A stretch of DNA of 64,000 nt from Candidatus Woesearchaeota archaeon (lineage in GTDB: Archaea; Nanobdellota; Nanobdellia; Woesearchaeales; JAHWIC01), in the NCBI GenBank assembly GCA_019322805.1, contig JAHWIC010000003.1, positions 964-64,963 on the forward strand. The letters run 5' to 3'. Under the pieces are notes generated by a model, which was not told the origin of the DNA, did no database searches, and saw only the letters and a program-made list of their open reading frames with translations. Position numbers and translations under genes: made by a program. Of the stretch, positions 60,197 through 64,000 are shown piece after piece (the first letter of the stretch is position 1; each line of letters opens with the position of its first letter).

Positions 60197-62365
60197 TTGG
60201 GGGTTAAAACGACAAGCTTTGGTAAGGTTGAATTGGATATAGTGGATTATCTTGATTTCTTGTTAGGTAAAACTAGTGAAGGTTATATACCTCCAGTTAG
60301 AAAAGACGCAATCCACGTTGCTTCTGAATTACCTCCTTTTTTTGAAAGGGCTCAAAGAGCATTAGAGGTTTTGCTTCCAGAGCCTGAAGAAAAAGGAACA
60401 CCGATTGTTATTTCTGACAGAGAAGAGATAATGCATGAGTTTCATCTTTTGGGTCATGGCAAGACTGGAACAAATAAAGAAGGGAGACTAACTGGATGGT
60501 CAGGGGACTTGCCATGCTCTTCATATAGGAAAGATGGCAAGGAAGAGCTTGGCGGAATAGAATTAGCAAGAGCACAGGCTGGAATAGAGCCTGATGGTGA
60601 GCTTAGTAGAACATTAGTAAAAAAAGTAGGTGTAAAAAAACTTAATCTTAATGACTTCTACTACCGATTTAGTGGGGATTTGCCAAGACAACTAGCCCAT
60701 ACTCTGTTATTAACAGGAGATCAAAGCCTATTCGAGGATGTGATGGGACTATCCGCAGTTATTTCAGCTGAGATTGCTGAAAAAGGCAATTTATATGATA
60801 TAGAGAAATATCATCGTTTAATTAAACTTGCGGCTGAAGCTGGTTTCATACCAACTCCTTTGTTAAGAGCCCAGTATTATGGTCCAATGGAGCTTTGTCC
60901 TGAAAAATTAAAGAAAGATGACCGAGACAGCTTCGTTGAACAAAGAGTCAGAGAAGTTGAACAAGAATTTGAAAGTGCACAGAAACAAGGGAGAATAGAT
61001 CCTAAGCTAGAATTTAACAAAAAAATAGCGCAAGCAGAAGCAGAAGACTTGGCTGATGCTTTGATTCACAGAAAAGATCTTTTGTTTGCGCATAGGGATG
61101 AAGGAGGTTATTATATAACTGAAAATAGGCTTGGTTTGGTTACAAGACTTGGTTATTTCTTTGATACTGTAAGAAACGTATTGCCTGAAGGAGAAAAGGT
61201 TTTAGCAGTAACTTCAAGCGGGTGCATAGATGTAAGCTCTATTCATTTTAGATATCTTGAACAAAAAGGAGATTTAGATATAAGGAATCCTAGCAAGAAA
61301 GTCAGAGGCAAGGTAGTTGTCATTAGATATGGCAGATTTAAAGGAAAAGAGTGCTATCTAAATGACCCTGGAAAATTAGAGCCATTAAGACAAAAAGCAA
61401 GGGACCAAATAAATCATCTCAGAAGCTTATCAATAGATTCTTTGATAAGGGATGAGGGAAAAGGCCTGTTGAGAACTCCTTTGCTGGGTTTTGCTGAAGA
61501 TGGGGAGCATAAGCCTTACTCTGAAAAACTTGAGGATGCCATTCGATCACCAAATCCAGTTATTATATTTGGACATGGCGGCCAGGGAAAGAGTATGTTA
61601 GTTACTATGATTGCAGACATGTTCTTAACTGACTCAAGATATTCCGGTGTTGTGCCTGTCTTGATGAATGCTGAAGACGTAAATAAAGGAGCGAGACTAG
61701 CATTAGAAGCTGGCAAGGATATGTATTCTTACTTAAAAGAAGAAGCAGGTATTCCATCACTTCCATCAGAACTTCAATCCGAATGCAAGGCTGCTTTTAT
61801 TATAGATGACCACCAAAAGCTTCATTCCGAGTATAGGCCTGAGCTGGATGAAGCAATACATAAATTAAGGAAAGAAGGTCATTATGTTGTGCTTTTATCC
61901 AGGATGGAAAGGACAGATGTACACCCGCCTTTCAACGAAGGTTATAAGACTATGCAGATCGATAGGGATGGCATTGCACGCCAAACAGACGAATTCATAA
62001 AAGGCAGGATTAAAGAAGGTGATGCTGAAAGGTTTAGGGAATATGCTGCGCAATACGATGCTAGTGTTACAGGCCATTACCTTACAAAATTGTTCCTTAC
62101 AATGATATCTCCAATGGGCCAGGGTGTGAGTGATAGAGTTTTGGAATATATGACCAATCCTCCAATAAGAAGTGCGATAGAACAAGGCATACCATTGACA
62201 AAAACACAACTTTACCAAGCTCAGACAGATTATATAACAGCCTGCGATATTCTTAGAGGAGGTTTTGAATATTCTGCACCTGATCAGTTAAGGGCTGAGA
62301 TTAACAGATGGAAGGATATATTGGCTGAGAAGGCATTTACAGATGCCCCAGCACCAAGAAGTTGA
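60197..62365 (+). CDS. STAND/NACHT-like P-loop NTPase with a large N-terminal domain of unknown function
   Basis: Walker A IIFGHGGQGKSMLV and Walker B AAFIIDDHQ in the C-terminal third. About 470 N-terminal residues have no motif I recognise. Confidence 0.65.
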   Translation: MGVKTTSFGKVELDIVDYLDFLLGKTSEGYIPPVRKDAIHVASELPPFFERAQRALEVLLPEPEEKGTPIVISDREEIMHEFHLLGHGKTGTNKEGRLTGWSGDLPCSSYRKDGKEELGGIELARAQAGIEPDGELSRTLVKKVGVKKLNLNDFYYRFSGDLPRQLAHTLLLTGDQSLFEDVMGLSAVISAEIAEKGNLYDIEKYHRLIKLAAEAGFIPTPLLRAQYYGPMELCPEKLKKDDRDSFVEQRVREVEQEFESAQKQGRIDPKLEFNKKIAQAEAEDLADALIHRKDLLFAHRDEGGYYITENRLGLVTRLGYFFDTVRNVLPEGEKVLAVTSSGCIDVSSIHFRYLEQKGDLDIRNPSKKVRGKVVVIRYGRFKGKECYLNDPGKLEPLRQKARDQINHLRSLSIDSLIRDEGKGLLRTPLLGFAEDGEHKPYSEKLEDAIRSPNPVIIFGHGGQGKSMLVTMIADMFLTDSRYSGVVPVLMNAEDVNKGARLALEAGKDMYSYLKEEAGIPSLPSELQSECKAAFIIDDHQKLHSEYRPELDEAIHKLRKEGHYVVLLSRMERTDVHPPFNEGYKTMQIDRDGIARQTDEFIKGRIKEGDAERFREYAAQYDASVTGHYLTKLFLTMISPMGQGVSDRVLEYMTNPPIRSAIEQGIPLTKTQLYQAQTDYITACDILRGGFEYSAPDQLRAEINRWKDILAEKAFTDAPAPRS

Positions 62366-62373
62366 AATGAAAA

Positions 62374-63099
62374 ATGCGACAGGCAATAGATTCATCATTT
62401 CTCTACACAAGAGGAGACGGAAGCCAGGAATTTGTTCATGATACTTATAGAGATTTCTTTTTAGCTAGAGCTATTGCAGCTAGACTGTCTTCTGGAAGGA
62501 TTCCTTTTGACGAGGCTCATGAATTATGTTCTCGATATGAGAGTTCAAAATCGGATAAGTTTAGAAAAGCTTACGAAAGCCTGGGAGAAGCTCACCTCTT
62601 TCGTTTGCATTCTTCTGGAGAGAATCTAGACACTTTGCATCACCTTGTTGCAGAGATATCGGGTGATGATTTTATCCTTAGCATAAACGCGTTGGAGTTA
62701 AGCAGATTAAGAGACCTTATAGGCAAAAGAATAGAACTTAGATACTACGAGACAGACGATGATGATGAGGGGTTTAGACATGATTACGAGACTAAATATG
62801 GGCTTGTCCTTGAAGGAATTGTTGGAGGCAATGGAAGATTCTATTTTGTAGGTCATAGTGGAAATTTTTATTATGTTCTTTCTCCAGGATTTAAGCCTGT
62901 GCCTGAATATGTTGATGGAGGCATATTAAGGCACATATTTCACGCTGGAAGATCCATAAATGTAGAGCCTTTATTCAGGCCTGCAGATTATGTGCAGGGT
63001 TCCCAGATTAAAGCTATGGCTGAGAAAGGAGAATCTGAAACTAATCCATTTTTAGAGCCAGAGTACCTAAGAGAAAATGGATTGAGGTGGTTGTTTTGA
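62374..63099 (+). CDS. NACHT winged-helix-like module plus unknown C-terminal domain (possibly the severed C-terminus of the preceding ORF)
   Basis: It starts 9 nt after the NTPase stop in another frame. SSFLYTRGDGSQEFVHDTYRDFFLARAIA resembles the F.H.s.QE[FY]LAA motif that follows NACHT NTPase domains. Confidence 0.55.
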   Translation: MRQAIDSSFLYTRGDGSQEFVHDTYRDFFLARAIAARLSSGRIPFDEAHELCSRYESSKSDKFRKAYESLGEAHLFRLHSSGENLDTLHHLVAEISGDDFILSINALELSRLRDLIGKRIELRYYETDDDDEGFRHDYETKYGLVLEGIVGGNGRFYFVGHSGNFYYVLSPGFKPVPEYVDGGILRHIFHAGRSINVEPLFRPADYVQGSQIKAMAEKGESETNPFLEPEYLRENGLRWLF

Positions 63100-63105
63100 T
63101 TAAAA

Positions 63106-64000
63106 TGCCACAAGAAGCACCTGCAATTGAATCAAGCTTTCTCTTTGTAAGAGAAGTGCCACAGGATGATGGAAGTGTTAATTTTGAAGAAGGCTTTACC
63201 CATGATACCTATAGGGATTTCTTTAGAGCTAGAGCTATTGCTAATAGGATTAATGATGGGCAAGCAACTGTTGATACGTATTTTGAAGAGCAGTGGTCTC
63301 GTGAAGCTTATTGGTCATCTGATGATAAGAGAAGAATCATAGACCCTGCGTCCCAGGATATAGTTTTGTTTGTATCAGAAATGTTAGAACCTTCTCATGC
63401 AAGACAGTTAGTTCATCTTTTGAGCAGAGACCAGCTGCAAAGATTTGAGGCAGGTTGGCGCGGTCTAGGTAGATTTTCCAAGAGTATGTATACTGCCTTA
63501 AGGATTATGGGTACTCGCGATATAGGAGATGATGGACTGGAAGGGAAGATTTATAACACCTTTCTCGAGGCAGATATGGATAGTGATTTGCGTGAACTAT
63601 TGGATTCGAGACACTCTATCCCGTTATTGATAAGGATGGTTGAGTCAAATAGCAGGCATGCAGCATTTGCTGTTCCTTTGCTTAGGAGATATAAAGTAAA
63701 AGAAGCAAAGCAAGCTTTAATCTCTTTTATGGACTCAGGTCATGATGAAAGTTGGAAGGCTGCTAATTTGCTTCTAGATTGGGGGTTTGAGGAAGGAGTG
63801 CCTTTTCTTCGTAGATGCGCTATAGATACAGAACATCCAGAGCATGTACAAATTGCTTATGCTCTTCATGAGGCAGGATATAAGGATGTAGTAACTTCTC
63901 TCCGTAATTATGCTTCAGATACAAATCATCCAAAGCATGTAGATGTAGCTTATCACCTTTATAGGTGGGGCTATAAGGATATTGTTGAACATCTCCGTAA
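63106..64000 (+). CDS. Paralogous winged-helix-like module fused to HEAT-like repeats (3' end beyond window)
   Basis: My translation has no stop to the window edge. SSFLFVREVPQDDGSVNFEEGFTHDTYRDFFRARAIA is paralogous to the previous ORF. Later repeats include HPEHVQIAYALHEAGYKDVVTSLR and HPKHVDVAYHLYRWGYKDIVEHLR. Confidence 0.6.

Noticed and set aside
62367-62441. Alternative ATG at 62367 between the NTPase ORF and the next ORF
   Set aside because: It opens a frame of only 24 codons (MKNATGNRFIISLHKRRRKPGICS). The frame from 62374 contains the conserved winged-helix-like motif.

Overview
This is an AT-rich archaeal chromosome fragment; the lines I counted run from about 30% to 42% G+C. It looks most like a small-genome DPANN-type archaeon, which is an inference.

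Archaeal core genes present:
- L21e, Rpo4/RpoF and DUF655
- aIF-1A and aIF-5A
- an L41e-like micro-ORF
- ZPR1 and SepF
- an ATP-dependent DNA ligase
- a complete A1Ao ATP synthase operon (atpHIKECFABD)
- two minus-strand tRNAs, each interrupted twice

Metabolic and envelope clusters:
- thi4-thiE-thiC-X-thiL
- ArsR-IscS-IscU plus a PP-loop tRNA thiolase
- a DsbA-like / Trx-CcdA / Lgt envelope cluster

Several clearly bacterial-type genes are interleaved on the same DNA: a full-length RpoD-like sigma-70, MetK, RsmI, Lgt, LspA, a LigD phosphoesterase domain, Fic, an SdpI-like protein and an HPF-like domain.

The most unusual content is non-coding.
1. Seven intergenic loci (about 2 kb in total) carry one modular, hairpin-built element family. 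All copies are in + orientation. The core folds as a four-way junction, with compensatory substitutions between copies, nested insertions, and a right-hand module that abuts start codons. One copy sits inside the ATPase operon.
2. A second 77-nt repeat supplies an ATGCAAG start to two unrelated genes. At atpE it is followed by a perfect 65-bp tandem duplication that creates two identical 13-codon mini-ORFs.
3. A 180-nt domain contains three covarying GAAA-tetraloop hairpins.
4. An array of four triloop hairpins lies inside the conserved L21e-Rpo4-DUF655 operon.

Other points of note:
- a GC-rich foreign ORF inside the thiamine cluster
- a split STAND/NACHT-like NTPase locus with two paralogous downstream modules, running off the 3' edge
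- a duplicated single-carboxylate c subunit
- wHTH-PurB and CBS-HPF fusions
- a consistent TATA-at-minus-30 (leaderless) promoter geometry

No rRNA genes, CRISPR arrays or transposase genes were seen.
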